A stretch of 64,000 nucleotides of DNA from Abditibacterium sp. (GCA_965246885.1 OZ251992.1:1760001-1824000); one strand, 5' to 3'. Shown: positions 28,202-37,246, counted from the first letter of the stretch. The notes: generated by a model not told the origin, from the sequence alone. Numbers and translations are program-made.

Positions 28202-28239
28202 AGTTCCCCGTCCGCGAAGACCTTCGCAGGAGACCCATC

Positions 28240-28338
28240 ATGTCCGCGCCGCGCCCATTTCTCGCCCACAACCGCCTTCCGCAACCCGGAATAGGTCGGT
28301 CGGCGCGCGCGCTCATCCTTCGGGGCACCCGCTTGTAG
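28240..28338 (+). CDS. putative leader peptide (32 aa) upstream of rtcB
   Basis: RBS AGGAGA then MSAPRPFLAHNRLPQPGIGRSARALILRGTRL*. Confidence 0.55.
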   Translation: MSAPRPFLAHNRLPQPGIGRSARALILRGTRL

Positions 28339-28358
28339 GCGAAAGAATCCACTTTCCC

Positions 28359-28394
28359 GGCGCGAAGGCTTTGGCTTTCGCGCCTTTTTATTTT
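28359..28394 (+). terminator. intrinsic terminator/attenuator in the rtcB leader
   Basis: GGCGCGAAGGC-TTTG-GCTTTCGCGCC followed by TTTTTATTTT. Confidence 0.8.
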
Positions 28395-28478
28395 CCCCAT
28401 CCCGGCCCCGTCGCGTGCGCCCTCTCACAAGAAGCGCCAGCTTCGGGGCAATCGGGACAAAGGTGTGAGAAGCAACCC

Positions 28479-29906
28479 ATGATTACTGGAAAGACATTGA
28501 AGCAACGCGGCTGGAAAGAGGGCCGCACCGTAGGACTCGCCAAAGCCGCCGCCGAAGCACTGAGCGCGCGCGGACTGGACGAGTCGCAAATTCTAAACAA
28601 GCTGGACGAAGTGTTGGCCGCGCCCGCCGCTTATCTAAGCGACGCGACGTTCAACGCGCTCGCCGACGAACTGTTGCGCCGCGAGCGCAACGACAAATCG
28701 AAATTCGACGACGCCCTGCGCGAAACTCCCGTCCCGTTCCCCATTTGGGGCGAGGCCCAAATTGACGCGGGCGCCATCGAGCAGATGCGCAACGCCGCCC
28801 ATCTTCCCATCGCAGTCGCGGGCGCCCTAATGCCCGACGCCCACATCGGCTACGGCCTCCCCATCGGCGGCGTCCTCGCCACGCGCGGCACCGTCATCCC
28901 CTACGCCGTCGGGGTCGACATTGCCTGTCGGATGAAATTATCAATCTATGAATGTTCGCCGATTATCCTTGGTCAGCAGAAGGGGAAGTTTGAGAACGCT
29001 TTGCGCGACCAAACGAAGTTTGGGGCGGGCAAGGCGTGGCACGGGGCGGAACGGCGCGAGCATCCGGTGTTGGACGATCCCGATTGGAACGCTTTCGGTT
29101 TGCTTCGCAAATTGCGCTACAAGGCCGAGGAGCAGTTGGGGACTTCGGGGAGCGGCAACCACTTTGTCGAGTGGGGCGAACTGGAGTTGAAAGAAGCGAG
29201 CGCGGAGTTGGGGTTGGACGCGGGCAAATACCTCGCGCTCCTCTCGCACTCCGGGTCGCGCGGCGTCGGGTTCCAGATCGCCAAGGTGTACTCGAACCAC
29301 GCCAACTCTTTGCATCCCCAACTGGCGGACAAGGTGCGCCACCTCGCGTGGCTGGATATGGACTCCGAAGCAGGGCAGGAATACTGGATCGGAATGGAGT
29401 TGGCCGGTCGTTTCGCCGAAGCCAACCACGCCGTTATCCACCGCGAAGTCGCTAAAGCGGCGGGCCTCAAGGAGATTGCATCCGTCGAAAACCACCACAA
29501 CTTCGCGTGGCGCGAAACGCTATCTGATGGCGGGGAAGAGGTCATCGTTCATCGCAAAGGCGCGACTCCGGCGGGCGCGGGCGTGTTGGGCGTCATCCCC
29601 GGTTCGATGGCCGACGCGGGCTACGTCGTGCGCGGCAAAGGTCTGGCGTCGAGCCTGCAATCCGCTTCGCACGGCGCGGGCCGCAAGTTGGGACGCAAAG
29701 CCGCCATTGGCTCCATCACCAAATCGCAGCGCGACCGGTATGTATCCGAGCGCGGCGTCAAAGTCTTGGGCGGCGGCTTGGACGAAGCGCCGCAAGCCTA
29801 CAAGGACATCGAAGAAGTCATCGCCGCCCAGCGCGACTTAGTGGATGTGTTGGCCAAGTTCTCGCCCAAGATTGTGATGATGGCGGACGAAGCGGGGGAT
29901 GTTTGA
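28479..29906 (+). CDS. rtcB: RtcB family RNA ligase with N-terminal extension
   Basis: MPDAHIGYGLPIGG, GVDIACRM, LGTSGSGNHFVE, HSGSRG, NHHN, VHRKGAT, HGAGR, DEAPQAYK. Confidence 0.95.
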   Translation: MITGKTLKQRGWKEGRTVGLAKAAAEALSARGLDESQILNKLDEVLAAPAAYLSDATFNALADELLRRERNDKSKFDDALRETPVPFPIWGEAQIDAGAIEQMRNAAHLPIAVAGALMPDAHIGYGLPIGGVLATRGTVIPYAVGVDIACRMKLSIYECSPIILGQQKGKFENALRDQTKFGAGKAWHGAERREHPVLDDPDWNAFGLLRKLRYKAEEQLGTSGSGNHFVEWGELELKEASAELGLDAGKYLALLSHSGSRGVGFQIAKVYSNHANSLHPQLADKVRHLAWLDMDSEAGQEYWIGMELAGRFAEANHAVIHREVAKAAGLKEIASVENHHNFAWRETLSDGGEEVIVHRKGATPAGAGVLGVIPGSMADAGYVVRGKGLASSLQSASHGAGRKLGRKAAIGSITKSQRDRYVSERGVKVLGGGLDEAPQAYKDIEEVIAAQRDLVDVLAKFSPKIVMMADEAGDV

Positions 29907-29951
29907 GCAAAACGCAGAAGACCAACCGGGGCCTTCTGCGTTTTGCTTTTC
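29907..29951 (+). terminator. hairpin/terminator after rtcB
   Basis: gcaaaacgcagaag...cttctgcgttttgc followed by tttt. Confidence 0.6.
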
Positions 29952-29963
29952 GAGGAGAACATA

Positions 29964-30413
29964 ATGGAAGAAGAACTCAAGATAATCCCGACGACATACA
30001 AAGCCAAACTGCCGCGCGCGTTATCTTACTCTTGCGGCGCGAAAACGCTTTCCGTAGCATGGCAGGGCGTGCCACAGTTCGACTCTTTCGATCTTCAGTT
30101 TCGTTGCGACGTGCCATTAGAACTTCGGGGTTTTAGTGGACATCGGGACATCCTCTCCGTTTATCTCAGCAAGTGGCACTTCACCCAATCTTCGCGCTTT
30201 TGGGAGGAAAGAGAGGACGGAAAGCTCATGTGGAACATTAACGTCCGTGCTTGTCGGTGTGAAGACGCTCATGAAGTGCGCCAGTGGTTGCGCGACAAAG
30301 GTTTGGGGATGGCGCGTTCGTGGCTTGAACACGATGCTCATCTCAAACGGCAGAGTTCTTGGCTCGCCACATTTGATGAAGATTCGCGCGAGTTCGCCGT
30401 TCGGCATGGCTAA
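29964..30413 (+). CDS. hypothetical protein (lower GC)
   Basis: RBS GAGGAG; 149-aa ORF; IPTTYKAKLPRALSY N-terminus. Confidence 0.65.
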   Translation: MEEELKIIPTTYKAKLPRALSYSCGAKTLSVAWQGVPQFDSFDLQFRCDVPLELRGFSGHRDILSVYLSKWHFTQSSRFWEEREDGKLMWNINVRACRCEDAHEVRQWLRDKGLGMARSWLEHDAHLKRQSSWLATFDEDSREFAVRHG

Positions 30414-30416
30414 CGC

Positions 30417-31055
30417 CTACTTCTTCTCGTTGCGCATCTTGTAAATGGTGCGGACGAGGGTTTCAGCGTCGGGGGCGGCTTCGAGGGCGAGGGCGTCGTG
30501 GACTAACTTCTCGGCTTCGGCGGGTTTGTAGCCCATCAAGCGCAGCAGTTGGATGGCGTCGCCCGCAACATCGTTGTGCATGGCTAAACCGGCGGCTTTG
30601 GCTTGGGCGTCCAAGCCGGAGTCGTTCATCAGAGCGAACTTTTGCAGCTTGCCTTGCAGGGTGGCGACCAAGTCGCGCGCTTTTTGCTTGCCCACGCCGG
30701 GGAGACTTTGCAAGAGCGAGTAGTTGGCGCCTTCAATGGCGGCGGCGAGCGTCGAAACGGGACGGGCGAAGGTCTGCAAGCCGCTTTTTGGCCCCATGCG
30801 CGGCACGAGGAGGAGCTTCTCAAAGAACTCGCGCTGGATGGAGTTTTGGAAGCCGAGCAAAATGGGGGTAGCGCGGTTCTGCTCGGTTTGAAGGTAGTAG
30901 ATGGTGTCGAGGGAGATTTTCTCGCCGAGGGGAGTGGCTTCGAGCGCTTTTTCAACGATGAGGGGAACGGCGATTTCGTAGGTCAGGCCGCCGGTTTCGA
31001 CAAGGAGGGCGCCGTCAACGTGACCGGCGAACGTGCCGGAGATTTTGGAGATCAT
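30417..31055 (-). CDS. ruvA: Holliday junction branch migration protein RuvA
   Basis: MISKISG, GGLTYEI, LLGF...EFFEKLL.V..MGPK, LPGVGKQKA, C-terminal L..MGY domain. Confidence 0.9.
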   Translation of the reverse strand: MISKISGTFAGHVDGALLVETGGLTYEIAVPLIVEKALEATPLGEKISLDTIYYLQTEQNRATPILLGFQNSIQREFFEKLLLVPRMGPKSGLQTFARPVSTLAAAIEGANYSLLQSLPGVGKQKARDLVATLQGKLQKFALMNDSGLDAQAKAAGLAMHNDVAGDAIQLLRLMGYKPAEAEKLVHDALALEAAPDAETLVRTIYKMRNEKK

Positions 31056-31067
31056 GTAACTGTTAGT

Positions 31068-31769
31068 TTAAGTGGCCGCTTTGCGTGCCAGAAACGCCGT
31101 TGCGATGCCGAAAGTGTGCTGGAAGGAGCGCACATCGGCGAAGTTTTCTTCTTGTAAGAGGCGCGCGAACTCGCGGCGGCTATAGAAGCCGCCGACGGAT
31201 TGGGGCAGGTAGTTGTAGGCGCTTGCGTGGTGGGAGATGACGCGGCCAACAGGGGCGAGTAGGGTGTTGAACATCCCGAAAAAGCGGGCCAAGGCGGGCG
31301 AAGTCGGGCGCATGAACTCCAACACGAGCAGTCGCCCGCCCGGTCGCAGGACGCGGTTGATCTCTTGGATGCCGCGCCGCGTGTCCTCGAAGTTGCGCAC
31401 GCCAAAGGCGACCGAGACGGCATCAAACTCCCCATCGGCGAAGGGGAGCTCGAGCGCGTCGGCTTCTATATAAGGATGCAAATCGTCTTTGGCACGCGCG
31501 ATGTCGAGCATGCGCGGCGAAAAGTCGGCGCCGGTGATGGCAGCGTCGGGCGCTTGACGGGCGAGTTCGCGCGTCAGTTCGCCGGAGCCGCAACATAAAT
31601 CCAGAACGCGCTCACCGCGCCGCACGCACAGCCGCTTGGCCGCGCGGCGGCGCCAGATGGCGTCCTGATTTCCCGACAAAAGGCCGTTAAGCAGGTCATA
31701 AGTCGGCGCAATGTCGTCGAACATGGCGCGAACGGCGGCGCTCGATTTGTCGGGTTGGGGCAAGTTCAT
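31068..31769 (-). CDS. menG: ubiquinone/menaquinone biosynthesis methyltransferase (UbiE/MenG)
   Basis: VRAMFDDIAPTYDLLN, VLDLCCGSG, AFGVRN, AYNYLPQS. Confidence 0.9.
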   Translation of the reverse strand: MNLPQPDKSSAAVRAMFDDIAPTYDLLNGLLSGNQDAIWRRRAAKRLCVRRGERVLDLCCGSGELTRELARQAPDAAITGADFSPRMLDIARAKDDLHPYIEADALELPFADGEFDAVSVAFGVRNFEDTRRGIQEINRVLRPGGRLLVLEFMRPTSPALARFFGMFNTLLAPVGRVISHHASAYNYLPQSVGGFYSRREFARLLQEENFADVRSFQHTFGIATAFLARKAAT

Positions 31770-31835
31770 CGTGCGGATGAAGACGCCCGCCCGAAAGCAA
31801 GGGAAACGGGTTTTAGCGAAACACAGATGCCGGGG

Positions 31836-32771
31836 TTAGAAGTCCCCGCCACCCGAATCGAAGCCGCCACCGTCATCGAAGCTGCTGCCGGAATCGAAGG
31901 CGCTACCTGAATCGAAGCCGCCGCCCGCATCAGCCGGATCGCCGTACGGGTCGGCGGAGGAATCGAGGCCGAGGCTGCCTTGGCCGGGGTCGTAACCGGC
32001 GTTGGTGTCATAGCCGGTGTTTTGGAAGCCGGAGTTGGCAGCGTCGCTGGGGTCGCCGTAAGGGTCGGCAGAAGCGTCCAACCCGCCACTGCCGGGCGCG
32101 AAATAATCTATCGGGTTGTAGTCGGAAACGCCGCCGGGAACGCTTGCGGCTTCGGGCGAACTTTGGAAGCCGCGCTCGTTGTCGTGGTGCGAGAAAAAGG
32201 AGTTGGCGATGGAACTACCGATGAACGAACCGGCCATGCTGGAAAGCAAGCCGCCCGCGAGCATGCCGCCCATGCCCCCCATCATGCCACCGCCACCCAT
32301 CATGCCGCCACCCATCGGCTGGGCGTAGCCCGCTTGCTGAGGTTGGCCGTAGCCCATCGGCTGTTGCCCGCCGTAGCCGGGTTGAGCCGGGGCGCCGAAA
32401 GTCCGCTCTATAAAGCCGGGTTGCCGAATTTCGGCGCGGGTCGTGGCTTGGGCGAGCGAGCGCGGATCGAGGGTGATGCGCCCCGCTTCGGCAAGCGGCA
32501 CGTTCTGCGTGAGTTGTTGCAACACCATCTGGCGTTGCTCCGGCGTCAAGCGAGCGAAGGCTTCTTCATGCGCGCGCTCAAGGTCTTCGGGCGGCGCGGT
32601 TTGCAGCATATACCGATAGCGCGCGATGGCCTGCTCGTCGGCGTTTTGCGGGCGGTTTGGGTTGCCATACACGCCTGGTTGTGCATTGAAGCCGTAAGCG
32701 GCGCCCGGAGGGGGCGCGGGTTGTGGTTGCGGCTCATCGTGGTGGCCAAAGAGTTTGTCGAGGAATCCCAT
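31836..32771 (-). CDS. hypothetical Gly/Asp-rich protein
   Basis: RBS AAGGAGG; DEQAIARYRYMLQTAPPE core with a low-complexity acidic tail. Confidence 0.75.
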   Translation of the reverse strand: MGFLDKLFGHHDEPQPQPAPPPGAAYGFNAQPGVYGNPNRPQNADEQAIARYRYMLQTAPPEDLERAHEEAFARLTPEQRQMVLQQLTQNVPLAEAGRITLDPRSLAQATTRAEIRQPGFIERTFGAPAQPGYGGQQPMGYGQPQQAGYAQPMGGGMMGGGGMMGGMGGMLAGGLLSSMAGSFIGSSIANSFFSHHDNERGFQSSPEAASVPGGVSDYNPIDYFAPGSGGLDASADPYGDPSDAANSGFQNTGYDTNAGYDPGQGSLGLDSSADPYGDPADAGGGFDSGSAFDSGSSFDDGGGFDSGGGDF

Positions 32772-32853
32772 AACGGCCCTCCTTGTTGCGTTTTGCGAAC
32801 CAAAACGGGCAGGGGATGTAAAGGAGTTTGGAGAGGCTTGCTTCTGCTGTTGC

Positions 32854-32911
32854 CCGACCACTAAAGTGGCGGCTTGGCCAGAGGCCCCCAAGCCGCCACT
32901 TTAGTGGTCGG
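32854..32911. repeat. REP-like 24-bp perfect inverted repeat
   Basis: CCGACCACTAAAGTGGCGGCTTGG / CCAAGCCGCCACTTTAGTGGTCGG. Confidence 0.75.
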
Positions 32912-32930
32912 TCTTTACGTCGCCCAGCCC

Positions 32931-33473
32931 CTAAAAAGGGGCAGAAAACATCTGCGTTATCCACAAGTCCCCCGTCGCGTCGGTGGTGAAGCCGATGCCG
33001 ATACGGGTCACGTCGCGGTTGAGCAAGTTCGCGCGGTGATGGGGTGACTTCATCAGGGCGGCGTGCGCGTCGAGGACATCCTTCGCGGTCAAAAAGGAGC
33101 GGCTGCCCCACACGCGGTAGATGTTTTCGGCGACGATGTGGGGAGTAACGCCCATGCCCGCGACGTAGCGGTCGAGCGGATCGCGGAGTGCGGGCGTGGG
33201 CGATTCGTGCGCGAAATACTTCAAGTCGCGCATCTCGGCGGAGTGCGCGCGGGCGACTTCGGCCAACCGCGCGTCGCTTTTCAAGCGAGAAAGCCCCTGC
33301 TTCTCGCGCTCATCGTTGATGGTCTGGAGCATGGACGCTTCCAACTTCGACAAACGCGCATCGCTCGCCGCCAACCGCGCGGCCACCGGCTCGGCGTGCG
33401 CGCGCCCCGCAACGCCTACTCCCAACGCGGCGCCCAGCGCCACCCCCACCATCAACCGAGAACGACGAAACAT
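32931..33473 (-). CDS. CAP (SCP-like) domain exported protein
   Basis: INDERE, ARAHSAEM..YFAHES, AENI, MKSPHHRANLL, IGIG, ITQMF. Confidence 0.9.
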   Translation of the reverse strand: MFRRSRLMVGVALGAALGVGVAGRAHAEPVAARLAASDARLSKLEASMLQTINDEREKQGLSRLKSDARLAEVARAHSAEMRDLKYFAHESPTPALRDPLDRYVAGMGVTPHIVAENIYRVWGSRSFLTAKDVLDAHAALMKSPHHRANLLNRDVTRIGIGFTTDATGDLWITQMFSAPF

Positions 33474-33551
33474 AACGTGCCCATTTAGACCCACGCAGGG
33501 GCGAGGGGTTGCTTTGGAACTGGCGAACCCACAGCCGTTCTTAAGGCTCAC

Positions 33552-33983
33552 TCAATCAAAGCCGAACACGATTCGCACGCGGTCATCGCCGCACCGTTTG
33601 GCGAGGTGGGCGACCGTTTCCAGCAGAAATTGCACGGGAACGCTTAGATTGTCGTGCGAAAGATTAGCGTGTTCCAATGCCGCGACCAGTTCATCGGCGA
33701 GTAGCCAACTGATGCCGCATGCACCATCCAATTCTCGCTTGACCAGCCAATTACAATCGGTCGGAAAAGAGCGCAACGGGAACAGAGGCTTGATGCCGTT
33801 TTCTGTGTTGCGGATACCTGCCAACGCGGAGAAGAACTCGTAGTCCTTGTAACCGCTGATTGCGTCACCGCGCAAGTCCCACACGGAAACATTATCGTCG
33901 AAGGGTTGAAGATGCCGCTCGGCAGGATAATCCTCAGCGCGCGTAAAGTCGTATTCGATAAAGACGTGGATGTCTGTTCCCAT
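33552..33983 (-). CDS. hypothetical protein, resembling a family I recall from phage genomes
   Basis: MGTDIH...YEFFSALAGIRN...SWL...EL...RIVFGFD; RBS GGAGG. Confidence 0.65.
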   Translation of the reverse strand: MGTDIHVFIEYDFTRAEDYPAERHLQPFDDNVSVWDLRGDAISGYKDYEFFSALAGIRNTENGIKPLFPLRSFPTDCNWLVKRELDGACGISWLLADELVAALEHANLSHDNLSVPVQFLLETVAHLAKRCGDDRVRIVFGFD

Positions 33984-33990
33984 TGTTCCT

Positions 33991-34067
33991 CCAAACAAAA
34001 ACAGCCGCCAGTCTGACCAACTGGCGGCTGTTCATCTAAAGCGCGATTACGCTTCGGTGGTTTCGGT
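33991..34067 (-). repeat. duplicate of the rplO 3' end plus terminator
   Basis: 30 bp at 34038-34067 identical to 34926-34955; AACAGCCGCC...GGCGGCTGTTTTTGTTTGG terminator shared with 34880-34920. Confidence 0.85.
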
Positions 34068-34097
34068 CGTTTCGCCGACTTCTAACATCGGCGCGGG

Positions 34098-34565
34098 TTA
34101 GCGGATGAAGAGTGCGCGGCAGAATCCGGCTTCTTGCATTGGCTTGATTTCGGTGCGGTCTTTGGAAACGAACTCTGCGTTCAAGCGCCGCGAAAGGGCC
34201 ATTCCGAAGGCGTCGCCGAGCGCCAAACGGGGGACTTGTTTGGGTTTGTCCGGGTCGCGTGGCATGGCTCGCCGCTCTGCGATGAGAAGCGCGACATCTT
34301 GCCAAAACGTGGTGTCCAAGTCGCTCCGCTCTTGCACTCGGCAAACTGTCCGCAACTGAGCCAGCGCGTTTTGGGCGTCGCGCAGATTGGCCGCAATCGA
34401 GGGCGGCCCGAAATCATAAAAGACCTCGGCCAAGTTCACGGAATGGGCGAAGCAAGCCGCGTCAGGCGCCTTGAACAAACCCGCGACCATCGGGCCTTCG
34501 GGTTCGCCGTTTAGATAAGCCAACATCGCGCTTGAATCGAAGACCAGCACGCGCGGGTTGGGCAT
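34098..34565 (-). CDS. PIN-domain (VapC-like) toxin
   Basis: VFDSSAMLAYL..E, VNLAEV, LALGDAF, VSKD acidic PIN residues. Confidence 0.85.
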   Translation of the reverse strand: MPNPRVLVFDSSAMLAYLNGEPEGPMVAGLFKAPDAACFAHSVNLAEVFYDFGPPSIAANLRDAQNALAQLRTVCRVQERSDLDTTFWQDVALLIAERRAMPRDPDKPKQVPRLALGDAFGMALSRRLNAEFVSKDRTEIKPMQEAGFCRALFIR

Positions 34566-34846
34566 CAAGAGTTTGGCTCCCGTTGTCGCCGCTCCAGCGC
34601 CGCGAGGTAGTCCGCTTCGCCTTCGGCATGACGCTCGGCCAGAAATTCGTCCACGCTGCGCCCGCGTCCGGCGAACATTCCCAGCCCCGCGTCCACCGCC
34701 GCCACCCGCGCGGCTTCGGCGTCATCGGGCGCGGCGAACGGCTCCAACACCGACAGCGCCCACGCTTCGAGCGGCACGCCCTGCTCCCGCGCCGCGCGTT
34801 CGATGCCCGCAAAAACGCGCGGCGGGATGTCCAAAGTTAAAGTCAT
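34565..34846 (-). CDS. putative antitoxin
   Basis: MTLTLDIP...AAREQG N-terminus and SVDEFLAERH; stop overlaps the PIN gene start. Confidence 0.75.
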   Translation of the reverse strand: MTLTLDIPPRVFAGIERAAREQGVPLEAWALSVLEPFAAPDDAEAARVAAVDAGLGMFAGRGRSVDEFLAERHAEGEADYLAALERRQREPNS

Positions 34847-34879
34847 GGCTGATTCTGCCTTCAAGTTTCCCTTAACGCG

Positions 34880-34920
34880 CCAAACAAAAACAGCCGCCGA
34901 TTGAAGAATGGGCGGCTGTT
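34880..34920 (-). terminator. intrinsic terminator ending the spc operon after rplO
   Basis: AACAGCCGCC-loop-GGCGGCTGTT followed by TTTGTTT. Confidence 0.8.
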
Positions 34921-34934
34921 TGTTCAAAGCGCGA

Positions 34935-35471
34935 TTACGCTTCGGTGGTTTCGGTTTCCGTCGTCTCGGCGGCTACTTTGGGTTTGCGGCCCGAATAGTT
35001 CACTTTGACGATGAGTTCCATTGTGCCGCCGATGGCTTCGATGGCGGCGGCGGCGGACTCGGTGAAGTGGTTGGCGCGGATGGTGAGCGGTTTGGTCAGT
35101 TCGCCCACGCCCAACACGCGCAGACCGTCGAAGCGGCCTTTGACGAGGCCCGATGAACGCAGCAAGGCGGCGTCCACGACCGTGCCTGCGGGCAGGCGGT
35201 CGAGTTGCGACAGGTTGACGATGCCGTATTCCTTGCGCGTCGGGCCGATGGGCATGGCGCCTTTGCCTTTGCCGCGCAGTTTCGGGAGGCGACGAAAAAG
35301 CGGGGTTTGGCCGCCTTCAAAGCCCGGTTTGACCGAGTTGCGCGCGTGCTGACCTTTCTGGCCGCGCGTCGAGGTCTTGCCGTGACCCGAACCGATGCCG
35401 CGCCCGACGCGCTTCTTCTTTTTGCGCGCGCCCTTGGCGGGACGGAGGTTGGTGAGTGTTAAAAGTTCCAT
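34935..35471 (-). CDS. rplO: 50S ribosomal protein L15
   Basis: RVGRGIGSGHGKTSTRGQKGQ, GFEGGQTPL.RRLPK. Confidence 0.97.
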   Translation of the reverse strand: MELLTLTNLRPAKGARKKKKRVGRGIGSGHGKTSTRGQKGQHARNSVKPGFEGGQTPLFRRLPKLRGKGKGAMPIGPTRKEYGIVNLSQLDRLPAGTVVDAALLRSSGLVKGRFDGLRVLGVGELTKPLTIRANHFTESAAAAIEAIGGTMELIVKVNYSGRKPKVAAETTETETTEA

Positions 35472-35501
35472 GATAAGTTGCGTCCGATGAATAATGGCTT
35501 G

Positions 35502-35574
35502 CCGATTGGAAGAGGGCGGTAGCCCCGCTCCTGCCCACTTGGTCGAAGCGGGGCTACCGCCCTCTTCCAATCGG
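35502..35574. repeat. GTAG-type REP doublet (28-bp perfect inverted repeat)
   Basis: CCGATTGGAAGAGGGCGGTAGCCCCGCT and its reverse complement; same unit at 45194-45260. Confidence 0.8.
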
Positions 35575-35587
35575 GGTTGGCCAACGG

Positions 35588-35788
35588 CTACGCTTCTTCG
35601 ACCGTGACGAGGTGTTTGATTTTGAACACCATGCCGCGCACGCTATCGTTGGCGGGGAGGACGTTGACCGCGCCCATTTTGCGGAGACCGAGGGCCACGG
35701 CCGTTTGCTGCTGGTCTTTGGGATTGCCGATCAAACTTTTGGTCAGAGTCACCTTGATATTCGATGACGAGTGGTTGTCTGGATTCAT
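35588..35788 (-). CDS. rpmD: 50S ribosomal protein L30
   Basis: IKVTLTKSLIG...QTAVALGLRK...VRGMV.KIKHLV. Confidence 0.93.
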   Translation of the reverse strand: MNPDNHSSSNIKVTLTKSLIGNPKDQQQTAVALGLRKMGAVNVLPANDSVRGMVFKIKHLVTVEEA

Positions 35789-36317
35789 AGAGGCTTGCGT
35801 CCTTGAGTTGGCGGGGAATCGCCAGTTGTTCGATTGAAATACCGCGCCGCGCGGCCACGTCGGTGGCGCGCTGCATTTGTCGGAGGCCGTCGAGGACGGC
35901 ATACACGTTGTTGATAGCGTTGTCGCTACCCATCGCTTTGGTCAGGATGTCGGTGATGCCCGCCGCTTCGAGAACGGCGCGCGCGGCGGGGCCAGCGATA
36001 ACGCCCGTTCCCGGCGAGGCCGGTTTGAGCATGACGCGGGCGCTGCCGTTGCGACCGATGACCATGTGCGGCACGGTCGAGCCGACCATCGAGACTTCGA
36101 TGAGGTTCTTGGCCGCGCTTTGCGAGCCTTTGCGAATCGAGTCGGGAACGCTCGCCGATTTGCCCATGCCGACGCCGACGTGTCCGTTGGCGTCGCCCAC
36201 GACGATCAGCGACGAGAAACGGCGCTTGCGGCCACCTTTGACGGTTTTGGAAACCGGCTTGAGTTGGACGACTTTTTCAACCCGTAATTGTTCGGAATCT
36301 ACTTGAACTCGTGCCAT
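35643..36317 (-). CDS. rpsE: 30S ribosomal protein S5; C-terminus overlaps rpmD
   Basis: SKTVKGGRKRRFS, VGDANGHVGVG.GK, KPASPGTGVIAG. Confidence 0.95.
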   Translation of the reverse strand: MARVQVDSEQLRVEKVVQLKPVSKTVKGGRKRRFSSLIVVGDANGHVGVGMGKSASVPDSIRKGSQSAAKNLIEVSMVGSTVPHMVIGRNGSARVMLKPASPGTGVIAGPAARAVLEAAGITDILTKAMGSDNAINNVYAVLDGLRQMQRATDVAARRGISIEQLAIPRQLKDASLYESRQPLVIEYQGDSDQKFDRQSQRPAANGRGPRSPQNGRGQRPPRQR

Positions 36318-36320
36318 AAT

Positions 36321-36689
36321 TTAAAATACCAAGCCGCCCTCGCGCGCAGCCTCGGCCAATTCCTTGACCACGCCGTGATAGCCCACGCCGTTGCGGTCGA
36401 AAACGACCATCTCGATGCCCGCCGCCTTTGCGCGCTCGGCAACCGAAGCGCCCACAACGCGGGCGGCGGAACAAGAGCCTTTGCCGCCTTCGATGCCCGC
36501 CGCGATGTCCTTTTGAACAGTCGAGACCGCGACGAGGGTTTTGCCGTTCACGTCGTCAATGACCTGAACATGGATGTGCTTGAGCGTTTTGTTCACGCAC
36601 AAACGCGGGCGATTGGGAGTGCCCGTGACTTTCTGCCGCAAGCGCAAATGACGGCGCTGGCGCAGTTGAACTGAAGTTTTCTTTGCCAT
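36321..36689 (-). CDS. rplR: 50S ribosomal protein L18
   Basis: RRHLRLR, RPRL, QVIDD, VVFDR..YHG, AREGGL. Confidence 0.97.
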   Translation of the reverse strand: MAKKTSVQLRQRRHLRLRQKVTGTPNRPRLCVNKTLKHIHVQVIDDVNGKTLVAVSTVQKDIAAGIEGGKGSCSAARVVGASVAERAKAAGIEMVVFDRNGVGYHGVVKELAEAAREGGLVF

Positions 36690-36763
36690 GATTGATGTGC
36701 CCCGATTACCGACCGGGGCGGATTAGTATGAGAGGTAAATGCGTGGTTGGGTTACGAACTGAC

Positions 36764-37246
36764 TCATGTGGATTCGACTTCGCCGTCTGCGGTCATTTCG
36801 TAGTCTTTAGACCAGTAGAAAACCCAGTCGCCACGCTTGCTTCTCTCTTGCCAATCTTTAAAATAGGATTGGGCTTCTTCTAAGGCTTCGTCGTCTTGAC
36901 ACCAACTAAAGTCGTCAATATCCAACGGCATTGCCTGTGCGCCCACATGGTTGTCGAAGAATGGTTGAACTTTGATAGGTTGCCAAACAAGGCCTATCTC
37001 GCTTCGCCATTCTTCGATTTGCCTATCCAACATCTGCACGAACTGCTCGTCGTAAACATTGAAAGGGCCAACATCCTTTACGCGAGGAGCAGGGTGGTTC
37101 CAAACTCTCTCCTCACGACTGAGTAAAACGCCTTCAGACGAGAAGAAATAAGCCACAAGATGAGGGCAGAGTAAGCCAATGATAACCTGTCGGCTATCGC
37201 TGGTTACGCCGCAACGAAAATCCTCATATCCCTTGAGTGTGAACAT
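36764..37246 (-). CDS. hypothetical low-GC protein inserted between rplF and rplR
   Basis: 160-aa acidic, aromatic-rich ORF with AT-richer codons than its flanks. Confidence 0.75.
   Translation of the reverse strand: MFTLKGYEDFRCGVTSDSRQVIIGLLCPHLVAYFFSSEGVLLSREERVWNHPAPRVKDVGPFNVYDEQFVQMLDRQIEEWRSEIGLVWQPIKVQPFFDNHVGAQAMPLDIDDFSWCQDDEALEEAQSYFKDWQERSKRGDWVFYWSKDYEMTADGEVEST

Noticed and set aside
33552..34846. Prophage or integrative element
   Set aside because: No integrase, transposase or structural genes; only about 1.3 kb of accessory genes.
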